DNA of 64,000 nt. Origin: an uncultured Chloroflexia bacterium (lineage in GTDB: Bacteria > Chloroflexota > Limnocylindria > Limnocylindrales > CSP1-4). Positions 31,284-41,346 of this stretch are shown here, piece by piece. The translations under genes were made by a program, and so were the position numbers. Position 1 is the first letter of the stretch, and every line of letters begins with the position of its first letter. The notes beneath the pieces were generated by a model. That model was given only the letters and a program-made list of their open reading frames with translations, did no database searches and had not been told where the DNA came from. The DNA lies in contig CAWFXA010000003.1 in NCBI GenBank assembly GCA_963819655.1, positions 928,001 through 992,000 of the forward strand, read 5' to 3'.

Positions 31284-32294
31284 ATGACCGAGAAGAACGT
31301 CCACGATCCCGGTCCCGACGCCGCGGCGGCGACCTTCGACGGTTCGCCGGACGTGGCCGCGGAACCCCTCTCGGCACAGAACGGCGGCACGATCCGCATC
31401 GGGACGGCCTCCTGGACCGACCCGACGATGACCGCCGCCGGCGTCTTCTACCCGAAAGGTTCCGACAGCGCCGAGGAGCGGCTGCAGTACTACGCGTCGA
31501 AGTTCCCCCTGGTGGAGGTCGACGCGACCTACTACTCGCTGCCGGTTCGCCGGACCTCCGAGCTGTGGGTCGAGCGCACGCCGCCCGACTTCACGTTCGA
31601 CATCAAGGCACACGCGCTGATGACCGGTCAGCCGACCGAGACGAAGCGGCTCCCGAAAGGCCTGCGCGAGGCGCTCCCGGGCGAGGTCGCCGAGAAGAGC
31701 CGCATCTACGCCAAAGACCTGCCGGACGACGTCAAGGACGATGTCTGGGCGTGGTTCGCCGACGGCCTGGAGCCGCTCGCAGAGGCCGGCCAGCTCGGGT
31801 CGATCCTGCTGCAGTATCCACGCTGGTTCTTCACCTCATCGGAGAACCGCGACACGATCGAGGAGGCCGTCGACCGACTCCGCAAGGTCGGCATGACGCC
31901 GGCCGTCGAGTTCCGTAACGCGACGTGGTTCAACGAGAAGAACATCGAGCGCACGCTGAAGTTCCTGGGTGACCGGCAGATCCCGCTCGTCATGATCGAC
32001 GGCCCGCAGGGCTTCAAGTCGAGCGTGCCGCCGATCGTCGCGGCAACCTCGCCCGATCTGGCGGTCGTCCGCTTCCATGGCCGTCGAGCCGAAACCTGGG
32101 AGAAGCAGGGCATCAAGACCGTCGAGCGGTTCCGCTATCTGTATGACGAGGACGAGCTCGAGGACTGGGTCCCGCGCGTCCGCGAGGCGGCCGGACAGAC
32201 CAAGCAGACCCACGTCCTCTTCAATAACTGCTATGCGAACTACGGCGCGACCAATGCGCTGATGCTGGCGGAGCTGCTGCGCGACCTCGACTAA
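31284..32294 (+). CDS. DUF72 (YecE-like) protein
   Basis: IGTASW, VEVDATYY, LLQYP, VEFRN, VRFHGR, FNNCY. Confidence 0.93.
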   Translation: MTEKNVHDPGPDAAAATFDGSPDVAAEPLSAQNGGTIRIGTASWTDPTMTAAGVFYPKGSDSAEERLQYYASKFPLVEVDATYYSLPVRRTSELWVERTPPDFTFDIKAHALMTGQPTETKRLPKGLREALPGEVAEKSRIYAKDLPDDVKDDVWAWFADGLEPLAEAGQLGSILLQYPRWFFTSSENRDTIEEAVDRLRKVGMTPAVEFRNATWFNEKNIERTLKFLGDRQIPLVMIDGPQGFKSSVPPIVAATSPDLAVVRFHGRRAETWEKQGIKTVERFRYLYDEDELEDWVPRVREAAGQTKQTHVLFNNCYANYGATNALMLAELLRDLD

Positions 32295-32460
32295 GCGCGC
32301 TTTGAACACTGGCGAAACGCTGACGGTGGCCCAAATGGGCGATCCCGTTATGCATCTGCAATGTCCGAACCCATGGCTGGGATGCCGCCACAGCCCGGCG
32401 CAGACTACGTTGCGCTCCGGCGACGTTCCTAGTCGGCCTCCCCGCGTGGACCGTCGACCT

Positions 32461-32490
32461 GAGCCCGGCCCCACAAACTGGGCCGGGCTC
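32461..32490. terminator. GC-rich hairpin between convergent genes
   Basis: GAGCCCGGCCC-loop-GGGCCGGGCTC. Confidence 0.55.
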
Positions 32491-32547
32491 CTCCATGTCC
32501 CGTGAGCTGCCCGGCTCCTCCCCTCGCGTCCGACCGCTCGGTGACGC

Positions 32548-33000
32548 TTACGAGCGTCCAGCCGGGACGCTGAACTCCTCCTGGGCCTGGGCCTTGCGGG
32601 CGGCCATGCGCTCGCCGAGTTCCTCGAGCTCGTCGGCATCGAAGACAGAGCGGGCCTGCTTGAACATCTCGCCCTCCTCCTCTTCCATGTGGTGCTCGAC
32701 GTTCTCCTTCATGACCTTGGCCTTCGCGCCCCACGACTCGTGGTCGACCGGTAGGCCCTCGAGCTCGGCCATCACGACGTCGACGACGTGGTGTTCCTCG
32801 TACCCCTCCAGGACGATGTCCTCGGCCTTCGGGTGTTCCTTCAGGGCCGGGTAGAAGATCTCTTCCTCGATCGCCTCATGGACCAGCAGCTCGCCCTTGA
32901 TGGTCGAGTAGAGCTCCTCGCGCGTCCTGATGCCACGTTCCGTCGTGCTCTCGAGCTCCTCCAGGAGCTTGCGCATCTTCTTGTGGTCGTTCTCGAGCAT
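32548..33000 (-). CDS. Hemerythrin domain protein
   Basis: DH, HEAIEEEIFYP, EEH, HHMEEEE metal ligands. Confidence 0.92.
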   Translation of the reverse strand: MLENDHKKMRKLLEELESTTERGIRTREELYSTIKGELLVHEAIEEEIFYPALKEHPKAEDIVLEGYEEHHVVDVVMAELEGLPVDHESWGAKAKVMKENVEHHMEEEEGEMFKQARSVFDADELEELGERMAARKAQAQEEFSVPAGRS

Positions 33001-33130
33001 GAGTCAGGGCATTCATCCGGGCTCTCCGATGACAGGGGTGGGTCGGTGAACCCGATTCCAGCAGGTGGCGCGTTGCGGGCAGGTGCTCCGGCCTGAGGGA
33101 CGTCCCGCAGACACGTTGCAGAGGCGCGGG

Positions 33131-33769
33131 TCAGGCCGAAGCGCTCTCCGTCGCGGGTGCCTGTCGCGCCCCGAGCATGGTGCCGATCCACGACACGACC
33201 AGGCAGAGGACGGCCCCGAACACGAGGATCGCGACGACATAGATCGCGACCGAGGCGTAGCCGCCGTTGGCCGGGTCGAGGAACGGATACGGGTACCAGC
33301 CGCTGGTCGCGCCGCGCACCAGCGTGTACGCCATCCACACCAGCGGGTACGTCAGCCAGCGCAGGCTGGTCGTGAACGGGATCGAGGTCCGCGGCGGGTC
33401 GATCAGCCAGTCGGCGATGACCGCGATCGGCATGACCTGGTGGACGACCGTGTTGACCCACGGTAATGCCGTGTCGACGTCGGTGTTGCTCAGGAGAAGC
33501 GCATAGACCACGAACGTGACGGTCATGTAGACGACCGAGGCCCCGCGGACCAGTTCCCAGACCGGCGTCGGGGAGGTCCGCCACCAGGCCACGCCGATGA
33601 GGAACACCGCCACCGCGATCAGGTTGCTCTGGATGGTGAAGTAGCTGAAGAAGTTCTGGGCGACCAACGTGCCCCTGGCGTGCAGGTCAGTTGCCTGCGC
33701 CGCGATGGCGACGATCGTCAGGACGGCGAACCCGAGGCGGTACGTGTTGATCAACGTGCGCCGGTCCAT
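33131..33769 (-). CDS. Pr6Pr family membrane protein
   Basis: FFSYFTIQSN, GWYPYPFLDP. Confidence 0.88.
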   Translation of the reverse strand: MDRRTLINTYRLGFAVLTIVAIAAQATDLHARGTLVAQNFFSYFTIQSNLIAVAVFLIGVAWWRTSPTPVWELVRGASVVYMTVTFVVYALLLSNTDVDTALPWVNTVVHQVMPIAVIADWLIDPPRTSIPFTTSLRWLTYPLVWMAYTLVRGATSGWYPYPFLDPANGGYASVAIYVVAILVFGAVLCLVVSWIGTMLGARQAPATESASA

Positions 33770-33802
33770 CGGTCGCGACTCTAGCACCCTAGGATGGGCG
33801 CC

Positions 33803-34678
33803 ATGGACTACGGCCTGTGCGTTCCGAACTTCCGCGACGGAGCCTCACGGGAAGGGATGGAAGCGGCAGCCGAGGTGGCCGAACGCCTGGGCTGGTCGAC
33901 GGTCTGGACGACGGATCACGTCCTGGTCCCGACCGAAGACGCGGCCGACTACGGTCGGATCTACGAGGCGATCCTCAGCGTGGCCTGGATCGGCGCCCGG
34001 TTCGCGAAGGTGCGCCTCGGGACGAGTGTGATCGTCGTCCCACAACGGAACGCCGTGCTGCTCGCAAAGGAGCTCGCCACGCTCGACGACCTGACCGACG
34101 GACGGGTCGTCGCCGGCGTGGGCATCGGCTGGAACGAGACCGAGTTCGCGAACCTCGGGATGGCCGATCGGTTCCGCGTGCGGGGTGCCTACCTCGACGA
34201 GACGATCGCGCTGTGGCGTCACCTCTGGTCGGGATCGACCGAGCCGTTCCATGGCCGGTTCCACGCGTTCGAGGATTTTGCCTTCGCTCCCCTGCCCCGC
34301 CAGGGCGCCGCGCTCCCCATCGTCGTGGGCGGGCGCGCCGAGCCGGCCTTGAAGCGCGCCGGACGGCTGGGTGACGGCTACCAGTCGAGCGCGTCAAGCG
34401 CGGCCAAGTACGCCGATCGGGTCCCGATCATCCGAGCCGCGGCCGAAGCCGCCGGCCGGCCGATGCCGTGGCTGATTGTCCGGGCATGGACGGAGTTCGG
34501 CCCTGCGACCGCGCGGCACTACGCGATCCGCGGCACGCCGGACGAGATGGCTACGGAGGTCCGGGCGTTCGAGACGCTCGGCGTCGAGCACGTCGCGCTG
34601 TGGTTCGACGCGACCGACCCGACCGAGCTCGTCTCGCTCGTCGAGCGGTTCGACCGCGAGGTCGCACCGCTGGTCTGA
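33803..34678 (+). CDS. F420-dependent LLM class oxidoreductase
   Basis: WTTDHVLVP, LAKELATLDDL, GIGWNETEF, RAGRLGDG. Confidence 0.9.
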   Translation: MDYGLCVPNFRDGASREGMEAAAEVAERLGWSTVWTTDHVLVPTEDAADYGRIYEAILSVAWIGARFAKVRLGTSVIVVPQRNAVLLAKELATLDDLTDGRVVAGVGIGWNETEFANLGMADRFRVRGAYLDETIALWRHLWSGSTEPFHGRFHAFEDFAFAPLPRQGAALPIVVGGRAEPALKRAGRLGDGYQSSASSAAKYADRVPIIRAAAEAAGRPMPWLIVRAWTEFGPATARHYAIRGTPDEMATEVRAFETLGVEHVALWFDATDPTELVSLVERFDREVAPLV

Positions 34679-34734
34679 CTGGGCCGCTGTCCGACGGAAC
34701 GACACGCCCGGGCGCGTGCCATCGTCTTGTCGTC

Positions 34735-35724
34735 GTGACACGGATCCTCGCCCTCTACCCGGCCGCTGTCGCGGCGCTCCTGATCGTGCTGCCGATCCTG
34801 CAGCCCCGGACCGGTCCGCTGGCACTCGCCAACATCCTGTCGGTCCACCTCGCGCTGGCGGCCATCGTGCTCGTCCCGGTCGCCATCGCACGGCGCGGCG
34901 TTGCGCTGCGGTCGAGCCTGGCCATCCTCGGCGCCGTCGCAGTCCTGAGGTTCGGCGGCGAGTGGTTCTCGCTGCCGCCGTCAGCCGACACGTCCGACGA
35001 CCTGTTCTTCGCATCGAGCTGGAACCTGGAGCTCGGCGCTCGCAGTGGCGCGGGCGCGGTCGATGGCATCTCGACGCTGGACAGCGATGTCGTGGCGCTC
35101 CAGGAGCTCGGACCCGACCACGTGCGTGCGATCACCGGGTCGGCGGCTCTGACCGGGCGATTCCCGGCACGGGCGCTCTACCCCGATCCGGGTGTCTTCG
35201 GGATGGGGTTGCTCTCCCGGTGGCCGATCGTCCGGGCGGAACTCGACAGCGACCCGTCGCTCATCGAGGCCGTGATCGACGCCGGAGGTCGGCAGATCAC
35301 GGTGATCACCGCCCATCCGTTGGCCGGCCGGATCTCGATGGTCGGCCCGGTGCCGATCGCGCTGGGATCGGAGAACCGGGATCGGGCGCTCGAGCGCATC
35401 CGCGCACGGATCGATGCGGCGATCGCACGCGGGGAGACGGTCGTGGTGCTCGGCGACTTCAACGTCGCGCCGACCGAGCCGGCGTTCGCCGACCTGGTCG
35501 TTGGACTACGGGACGCGCACGGCGAGGTCGGCCAGGGCCCGGGCTGGACGTGGCGCCCGAGCCGGCTCGAGTCGCTGGGCATCGGCTTGCTGCGCATCGA
35601 CCTCGCCATCGGCAGCCCGGACCTCGCCCCGGTCTCGGTGGTCGAGCACTGCGGTCGCACCGGCGACCACTGCATCCTCGAGGCTCACTTCTCGCTCTCG
35701 TCGATCGGCCCGTCGGCCGACTGA
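34735..35724 (+). CDS. Membrane-anchored endonuclease/exonuclease/phosphatase family protein
   Basis: SWNL, DVVALQE, LGDFN, RID, GDH; N-terminal TM helices. Confidence 0.9.
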   Translation: MTRILALYPAAVAALLIVLPILQPRTGPLALANILSVHLALAAIVLVPVAIARRGVALRSSLAILGAVAVLRFGGEWFSLPPSADTSDDLFFASSWNLELGARSGAGAVDGISTLDSDVVALQELGPDHVRAITGSAALTGRFPARALYPDPGVFGMGLLSRWPIVRAELDSDPSLIEAVIDAGGRQITVITAHPLAGRISMVGPVPIALGSENRDRALERIRARIDAAIARGETVVVLGDFNVAPTEPAFADLVVGLRDAHGEVGQGPGWTWRPSRLESLGIGLLRIDLAIGSPDLAPVSVVEHCGRTGDHCILEAHFSLSSIGPSAD

Positions 35725-36600
35725 TCAGGTCAGTTTCGAGAACAGCGTGAGCTGGAGATCGGCAGGGGCGGTCAGGCGGACGTTGCGATCGCCCCAGGGC
35801 GTGTCGACCGGACCCGACCCCAGCAGCACGGCGCCGTTCGCGCGCATGCGCTCGGCCAGGCCGGCCGAGTCGTCGACCTCGAGTGCCAGACGGATCTGCC
35901 CGGCGACGCGCCGCCCGACTTCGACCGTGTCGATGTACCCGGCCTGCGCCTCGTCGATGAGCTCGAGCGTCGCCCGACCGCCGTCGAGCACCACGACCTT
36001 GCCATCCGCGGACGACCAATCCGCGATCTGCGGGAGTCCGGCGACGTCCCGGTAGAAGGCCACGGCGGCATCGTGGTCGGCGGTGGTCACCGCGACCCGC
36101 AACTCGTGGATCGGGCGGACTTGCGATTCCCACGGATGACCGCCGGCGCGCCACGCATCGAACGGCGCGGCCGCTCCGTCGGTCTCGACGTACTCGAGCT
36201 CGACGAGTGCCCCGTCGACCTCGTCGAGTCGCCCCGCCATGGCCTCGGAGAAGCCGAAACCGCCGGCGGCGGCCTGTTCCCTGGTGGCCGCGAAGACGAT
36301 CCGTTCGATCCCGGTCATCCCCGCGACTGCCTGACACATCGGACAGGGATGGCAGCTCGACACGACGATCGTGTCCGACAGGTCGAACGTCCCCAGACGG
36401 CGGCACGCCGCCCGGATCGCCTCGACCTCCCCGTGCGCCGCCGGATCCGCATCGCGTCGGCAGGTGTTGACTCCGGTGGCGATGACCTCGCCCGCACCGC
36501 GGTCGGCCACGACCAGACCGGCGAACGGGAACTGGCCGGCGGCGACGTTGTCGGTCGCGAGGCGGACGGCGGTCCGCAGGTGCTCATCGATCGTCGTCAT
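35725..36600 (-). CDS. Cytidine/guanine-type nucleoside deaminase fused to a VOC domain
   Basis: AHGEVEAIR and CHPCPMC zinc motifs; C-terminal ELRVAV...TPWGDRNVRL. Confidence 0.85.
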   Translation of the reverse strand: MTTIDEHLRTAVRLATDNVAAGQFPFAGLVVADRGAGEVIATGVNTCRRDADPAAHGEVEAIRAACRRLGTFDLSDTIVVSSCHPCPMCQAVAGMTGIERIVFAATREQAAAGGFGFSEAMAGRLDEVDGALVELEYVETDGAAAPFDAWRAGGHPWESQVRPIHELRVAVTTADHDAAVAFYRDVAGLPQIADWSSADGKVVVLDGGRATLELIDEAQAGYIDTVEVGRRVAGQIRLALEVDDSAGLAERMRANGAVLLGSGPVDTPWGDRNVRLTAPADLQLTLFSKLT

Positions 36601-37724
36601 CGCCTGTCGCTCCTCCAGCGCTGATACCTCGAATAGACCCGCGGCTCGTGGGGCTCGACGAACCGCGCGAGTCGGTCGCCGAGAGCTTCGAGCGCCCGGC
36701 GATCGTCGCGGCTCAAGCGCCGGAACGGCTCGAGCTCGATGCGTGTGGATTCGCCGTCGGCGACCGCCCACCAGCGGCCGGCGACGACGCCGTCGACCAG
36801 CATGACCGGCAGCGTATCGCCGTTGCGCTCGATGATCCGCGTTCGGTCGGCGTCGCTGATGATCCGCGTCCGATCGGCGAAGGCGAGGACCGTGCTGTCC
36901 CACATCGCCAACAGACGCGGCGGCGCAGGGACGTCCTCGTCGGGCAGTGGGGCGCCGACCAGATCGACCAGCGCACGACCGGAATCGGAGCGGTAGCGAC
37001 GCAGGTCGCCGGCCGCCTCGATCGCCTCGACGCCGGATCGCACGCCCGCGACGGCGAGCCCCGACCACTGTGCGATGTCGGCCAATGAGGCCGGCCCGAA
37101 CGCCGCGAGGTAGCGCCGGACGAGATGCTCGATCGCGGCCGCCTCGTCGGCCCAGACCCCGCTCGGCAGCCAGGCGTCGGCGTGGGCCAGAAGCGGCCGA
37201 CGGCCGAACGACCACGGGACGTTCGCCGGGGCATGCGCCAGCGGGAGCCGGCGGCGCAGCCACCACACGATCTCGTCGGCGGGCAACCCGTCGACGTCGC
37301 CGACGTGGTCACGCAGCTCGGTCAGGCTGCGCGGCTCCGCCGCAAAGGACGTGACGCGTGTCCGCAGAGCGGCCATTCGCCGGGCGGATGGCGGCCCGAG
37401 TCCCCGCCGGCGACGCTGCGCCTCGAGGGCCGGGAGCAGCGCCGGCCAGAAGGCTCGATAGTCGGCCGCCGAGACGAGGTGCAGCGTCACCCGCATGAGC
37501 GTGCCCTTGACGACGTCCCGTGCCGCGATCGCCGCGTCCAGGTCGGCGGCCTCGAACCGCGCCAGCCGCGCCCACAGCCCGATGTACGGCGACGCGGGCT
37601 CCTGCGCTTGCAGGCCCGCGATGCGCTCGACCGCTTCGACCACACCGACATCCGCCGGTTCGAGCAGGAGCTGCCGCGCGAGCGTCGCCCGGCCCAGGCG
37701 GCGCGCGCTGAGGACCTCGGTCAT
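36597..37724 (-). CDS. AlkZ-like (HTH_42) DNA glycosylase
   Basis: RATLARQLLL, LQAQ catalytic motif, MRVTLH, RRYLAAFGPA. Confidence 0.88.
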   Translation of the reverse strand: MTEVLSARRLGRATLARQLLLEPADVGVVEAVERIAGLQAQEPASPYIGLWARLARFEAADLDAAIAARDVVKGTLMRVTLHLVSAADYRAFWPALLPALEAQRRRRGLGPPSARRMAALRTRVTSFAAEPRSLTELRDHVGDVDGLPADEIVWWLRRRLPLAHAPANVPWSFGRRPLLAHADAWLPSGVWADEAAAIEHLVRRYLAAFGPASLADIAQWSGLAVAGVRSGVEAIEAAGDLRRYRSDSGRALVDLVGAPLPDEDVPAPPRLLAMWDSTVLAFADRTRIISDADRTRIIERNGDTLPVMLVDGVVAGRWWAVADGESTRIELEPFRRLSRDDRRALEALGDRLARFVEPHEPRVYSRYQRWRSDRR

Positions 37725-38953
37725 CCAGGCGGTAGCGTGCCCGCACGGAACGTGGCGATGAGCTCGGTGTAGTCGGGCAGGCCCCGCTCATACCCGATGG
37801 CCCAGAACCCGGCACCGGCGAGACCGCGCTGGTCGGCCAGGCGAAGTTTCGGGGCAAGACTCCGGGGAGAGTCGTAGTAGACCGCGTTCCAGGCGATCGG
37901 CTCGGCGCTGGCGCTCGCCCCCGCAGCTGGAGCCGCTCCCGACGGCGGGGCGGTCCCGAATGCGCTCGGCACCGTATAGAACTCGACGCTCTCGGTCGGT
38001 TCGAAGGTCGGCGCGAACGCCGGGTCGGCGAAGACCTCGAGGTTGTGGCGCGGCACCCAGGCGTCGCCGCGGCCGCTCGACTGGGCGAGGAAGCCCGGAG
38101 CGGTGACCGGCCACGTCACGCCGTACAGCGGCAGACCGAGGATCAGCCGGTCGGTGGGCACGCCGAGCGTTCCATACAGATCGAGCGACCAGGTGATGTC
38201 CTTGACCTCCCCGTCGATCCGATCGATCGGTGCGGACGCGCCCGGTTCCGACCCGGCCCAGCGATAGTCGTAGGCCATCAGGAAGATCCGGTCGGCGCCG
38301 GCCACACCGGCCGCCGCCGCCATCGCAGCACCGACCTCGTTCGCCTGCGTCGCGACCGATACCTGCGCCTCCGGCCGGCGCTCCCGCAACGCCGTCCGTA
38401 ACCGACCCACGAAGGCGCCGTAATCGGCGACCAGCTCGATCGGCAGCGCCTCGACATCGACGTTGACGCCATCGAGGTCGAGCTCCTCGACCAGGCCGAT
38501 GATCTCGTCGAGCCAGCGCTCCTGCGCCTTCGGGTCGCCATAGAACGAGCGGTTCTTCGTCCCGCCAAAGCTCGTATAGACGATCTCGACACGCGCACCG
38601 CGTTGCTTCGCGGCGCGGATCATCGCCCGGCCGACCTCGCCGCGGATGCGCTTCAGTCCCGTCTGGTTGTCGAGCGTGCCGTTGCGCTTGTGGGTGACGG
38701 AGAACAGGGCGAGGGTCGTCAGGTCGGTCCGCCCGATGTGGTCGGCGATGGATCCGTCCATCTCCCAGTACGGGACGTAGCCGTACACCTCGTGCTTCGG
38801 CTCGGGGATGATCGTCGGACGCGGCGTCGGACCATTCGCTGCCGGGCTGCCCGATCCGGCAGACTGGCCGCTCGAGGTCGGGCCGCTCGGCGGCACGCCA
38901 CCGCAGCCGAGCACGAGCGCGGCGATCAGGGCGCTGGCGATCGACTGCCTCAC
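37721..38953 (-). CDS. GH18 glycoside hydrolase lipoprotein
   Basis: VLGC lipobox, DGVNVDVE catalytic motif, MAYDY, LGLPLYG, GAGFWAIG. Confidence 0.9.
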   Translation of the reverse strand: MRQSIASALIAALVLGCGGVPPSGPTSSGQSAGSGSPAANGPTPRPTIIPEPKHEVYGYVPYWEMDGSIADHIGRTDLTTLALFSVTHKRNGTLDNQTGLKRIRGEVGRAMIRAAKQRGARVEIVYTSFGGTKNRSFYGDPKAQERWLDEIIGLVEELDLDGVNVDVEALPIELVADYGAFVGRLRTALRERRPEAQVSVATQANEVGAAMAAAAGVAGADRIFLMAYDYRWAGSEPGASAPIDRIDGEVKDITWSLDLYGTLGVPTDRLILGLPLYGVTWPVTAPGFLAQSSGRGDAWVPRHNLEVFADPAFAPTFEPTESVEFYTVPSAFGTAPPSGAAPAAGASASAEPIAWNAVYYDSPRSLAPKLRLADQRGLAGAGFWAIGYERGLPDYTELIATFRAGTLPPG

Positions 38954-38978
38954 GACCTCGTCACGACCACGGCGGCCG

Positions 38979-39857
38979 TCATGTCGCAGCCTTGATCGGG
39001 AGGACGAGCAGGAAGCCCGGCGGGACCCCGAGGTCCACGCGCCCGCGATCGCGGATCACATATTGCTTGGCGAGGGTGTCGAGGGTCACGAGGCTGTTCG
39101 GCCGCGGGCTCCTGCCCCACACCGAGCTGCCGTGCGGGTACAGCGGGTCGTGCACGCGCACGCGCTTGACAGCGAAGTCGTCGGATCTGCGTGGGTCAGC
39201 CGTCGATTCGAAGCCGCTCATGACCCAGGCATGCCGGCCGCGCCACATCACGAGGCCGACCGGACGCTTCGTGTCGCGGAGCGCTGTGGCCGCCACGGAG
39301 ATCGCCTCGTCGAACGTCGGGAGACTCACGAGCTGATACGGCCCGATGCCGAGATCGTTGAGCGCCGCCGTCCAGCCGCGCGGGTTCGCGCCGCCGAACG
39401 GGCTGGACGACAGGTCGCGCGCCATCCTCCACAGCCGTTGCTGGTCAGTCTTCGTCGTGTGCTCCCGGTCGGTCGCCATGTTGAGCGCCATCTGGAGGCT
39501 CGCGCCGACGCACCACTCGAAGGTGTACTGCGCGACGAAGTCGGTGCGGTGGGCGAGGTTCATCGAGAACGGCTCGGTGGCCGGTCCGTCGCTCGGTGGC
39601 GCCTCGGCGGCGGGCTCCTGCGACGGCATCGCGTCCGAGGGACGGCCGGACGGAGTCGAGGCCGGACCTGCGGCGAGCGGCGGGGCGCTGGCCGACGGGG
39701 CTGTTGCAACGCTCGGATCGGGGGATGTCGCCGCGATGGTCGCTGCGGGCGTCTGGCTGGCGCGCTCGTCAGCAGGCGTACACGCCGCCGCCACCACGGC
39801 GAGAACGCCGAGGAGCGCGAGGCAGGCGTGGAGGCGCTTGCGCGCGGCGATGCTCAT
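38979..39857 (-). CDS. Lipoprotein with C39-like papain-fold peptidase domain
   Basis: AAAC lipobox, Pro/Ser/Thr linker, Q...WCVGAS, HAWVMSG, VHDP. Confidence 0.7.
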   Translation of the reverse strand: MSIAARKRLHACLALLGVLAVVAAACTPADERASQTPAATIAATSPDPSVATAPSASAPPLAAGPASTPSGRPSDAMPSQEPAAEAPPSDGPATEPFSMNLAHRTDFVAQYTFEWCVGASLQMALNMATDREHTTKTDQQRLWRMARDLSSSPFGGANPRGWTAALNDLGIGPYQLVSLPTFDEAISVAATALRDTKRPVGLVMWRGRHAWVMSGFESTADPRRSDDFAVKRVRVHDPLYPHGSSVWGRSPRPNSLVTLDTLAKQYVIRDRGRVDLGVPPGFLLVLPIKAAT

Positions 39858-39949
39858 GGCGGTGCCCGGAGTATGCCCGGAACGGCCGAAAGGGGGCCTC
39901 GACGCGGTCGTCGGCGGGTTCGCGGAGACGCGTATCCCCGGCGGATCAC

Positions 39950-39973
39950 GAACTTTGAAGGGCGCACCTCGTC
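39950..39973 (+). promoter_or_regulatory. Candidate ECF-type autoregulatory promoter
   Basis: GAAC-N16-CGTC upstream of the ECF sigma gene. Confidence 0.5.
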
Positions 39974-40037
39974 CGCTCCTCATACTCGGCGAACGACAAC
40001 ACCACCCAACGACCGACCGCAGGAGCAGGCACGCGAG

Positions 40038-40604
40038 TTGCAGCGAGATCTGGTGGAACGAGCCGCGCGCGGCGACCAGGAGGCATTCGAGGCCCTGGTG
40101 CGCATGTCCGCGAACCGCCTCTTCGCGATCGCATACCGGATCCTGCGCGACCACCATCGAGCGGAGGACGCGGTGCAGCAGACCCTCGTCGCGATCTGGG
40201 ATGAGCTGCCACGCCTTCGGGACCCGGATCGGTTCGAGGCATGGTCGTATCGGGTCGTCACCCGGAACAGCGTGGCGCTCGCGAAGCGCGAGGGCCGTGG
40301 TCCGGGAGGCGGGGCGATCGTCCAGCTGCTCCCCGATGACGCCGACCTGTCCCGGGCGCCCGACGACATCGGCTCGGTGGCCGACCGCGACGAGATCGAG
40401 CGTGGGTTTCGACGCCTCAAGCCCGATCAGCGCGCGATCCTGACCCTGCACCACGTGGCGGGCCTGTCCTCTCCCGAGATCGCCGATGTCCTCGGCATCC
40501 CGGTCGGGACCGCCGGCTCGCGGCTCCACTACGCGACACAGGCCTTCCGCGCGGCACTCGAGGCCGACGCGCGTCTCGAGGGGACGAGGGAGCGATCTGC
40601 ATGA
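40038..40604 (+). CDS. ECF RNA polymerase sigma factor
   Basis: AARGDQEAF, AEDAVQ, EIADVLGIPVGTAGSRLHYA; TTG start with AGGAG SD. Confidence 0.92.
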   Translation: MQRDLVERAARGDQEAFEALVRMSANRLFAIAYRILRDHHRAEDAVQQTLVAIWDELPRLRDPDRFEAWSYRVVTRNSVALAKREGRGPGGGAIVQLLPDDADLSRAPDDIGSVADRDEIERGFRRLKPDQRAILTLHHVAGLSSPEIADVLGIPVGTAGSRLHYATQAFRAALEADARLEGTRERSA

Positions 40605-41302
40605 CGATCCACGACGACACCGACCGCCGCATCGCCGCCTGGTTCGGCGACGAGCACGCCCGCGCACCGGAACGGACGATCGAGGCGGCCCTTGCCCACG
40701 CCCGCTCCCACCCGCGCCGTCGCGACCCGTTCGCTCCACTCCGCCGCGATCCGATGTCCGGCGGGGCGCTCCGGGGCGGACTGTTCGCGCCCGTCCCGCT
40801 CGTCGCGGCCATCGGGCTCGTCGTCGTGGCGGTGCTTGGTGCGGCCGTCGCCGGCGGGTTCCTCGATCGACCCGCGCCGGTGGTTCCCGTGCCGTCGGTC
40901 GGGATACCGTCGGCCGAACCGACTCCCGTGCCCACGCCGGTCGTGTTCCACGTCGACCTCGTCGAGGTCGTCGGCGACGACGCGTCGATCGATATCACGG
41001 ACGCCTCAGGGTCGATCGGCTCGGCCGAATCGGGCCAGCCCCGCGACGGCGGTTCGGTCCCGGACGGGGTCGATGTCGCCGCGGATCCGGCGGATCCGGC
41101 GGTCGCTGTGCTGACGTGGACGGGAACCCCGTGCGACACGACCCACACGCTGGCGATCGAGGCGGACGGCCGCACGATGACGCTCTCACGTCCGAGCTGC
41201 TCGGGAGACGCGATCGCGCGCGATCTCCAGGTGCGACTGACATATCGCGAGCCGATCGATGTGGGCACGATCTCGGCCTCGCTCGTGACCGGTCAGGGCT
41301 GA
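40601..41302 (+). CDS. Putative membrane-anchored anti-sigma factor
   Basis: ATGA-coupled to the sigma gene; short cytoplasmic N-terminus, one TM helix, extracytoplasmic domain with two Cys. Confidence 0.7.
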   Translation: MTIHDDTDRRIAAWFGDEHARAPERTIEAALAHARSHPRRRDPFAPLRRDPMSGGALRGGLFAPVPLVAAIGLVVVAVLGAAVAGGFLDRPAPVVPVPSVGIPSAEPTPVPTPVVFHVDLVEVVGDDASIDITDASGSIGSAESGQPRDGGSVPDGVDVAADPADPAVAVLTWTGTPCDTTHTLAIEADGRTMTLSRPSCSGDAIARDLQVRLTYREPIDVGTISASLVTGQG

Positions 41303-41346
41303 CACACGCTCGCAACGCCGAGCCCGGGACGGCCTCCCGCGGCGAC

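Noticed and set aside
32295-32547. Small RNA between DUF72 and hemerythrin genes
   Set aside because: Only one strong hairpin, explicable as a terminator; no recognisable RNA family.
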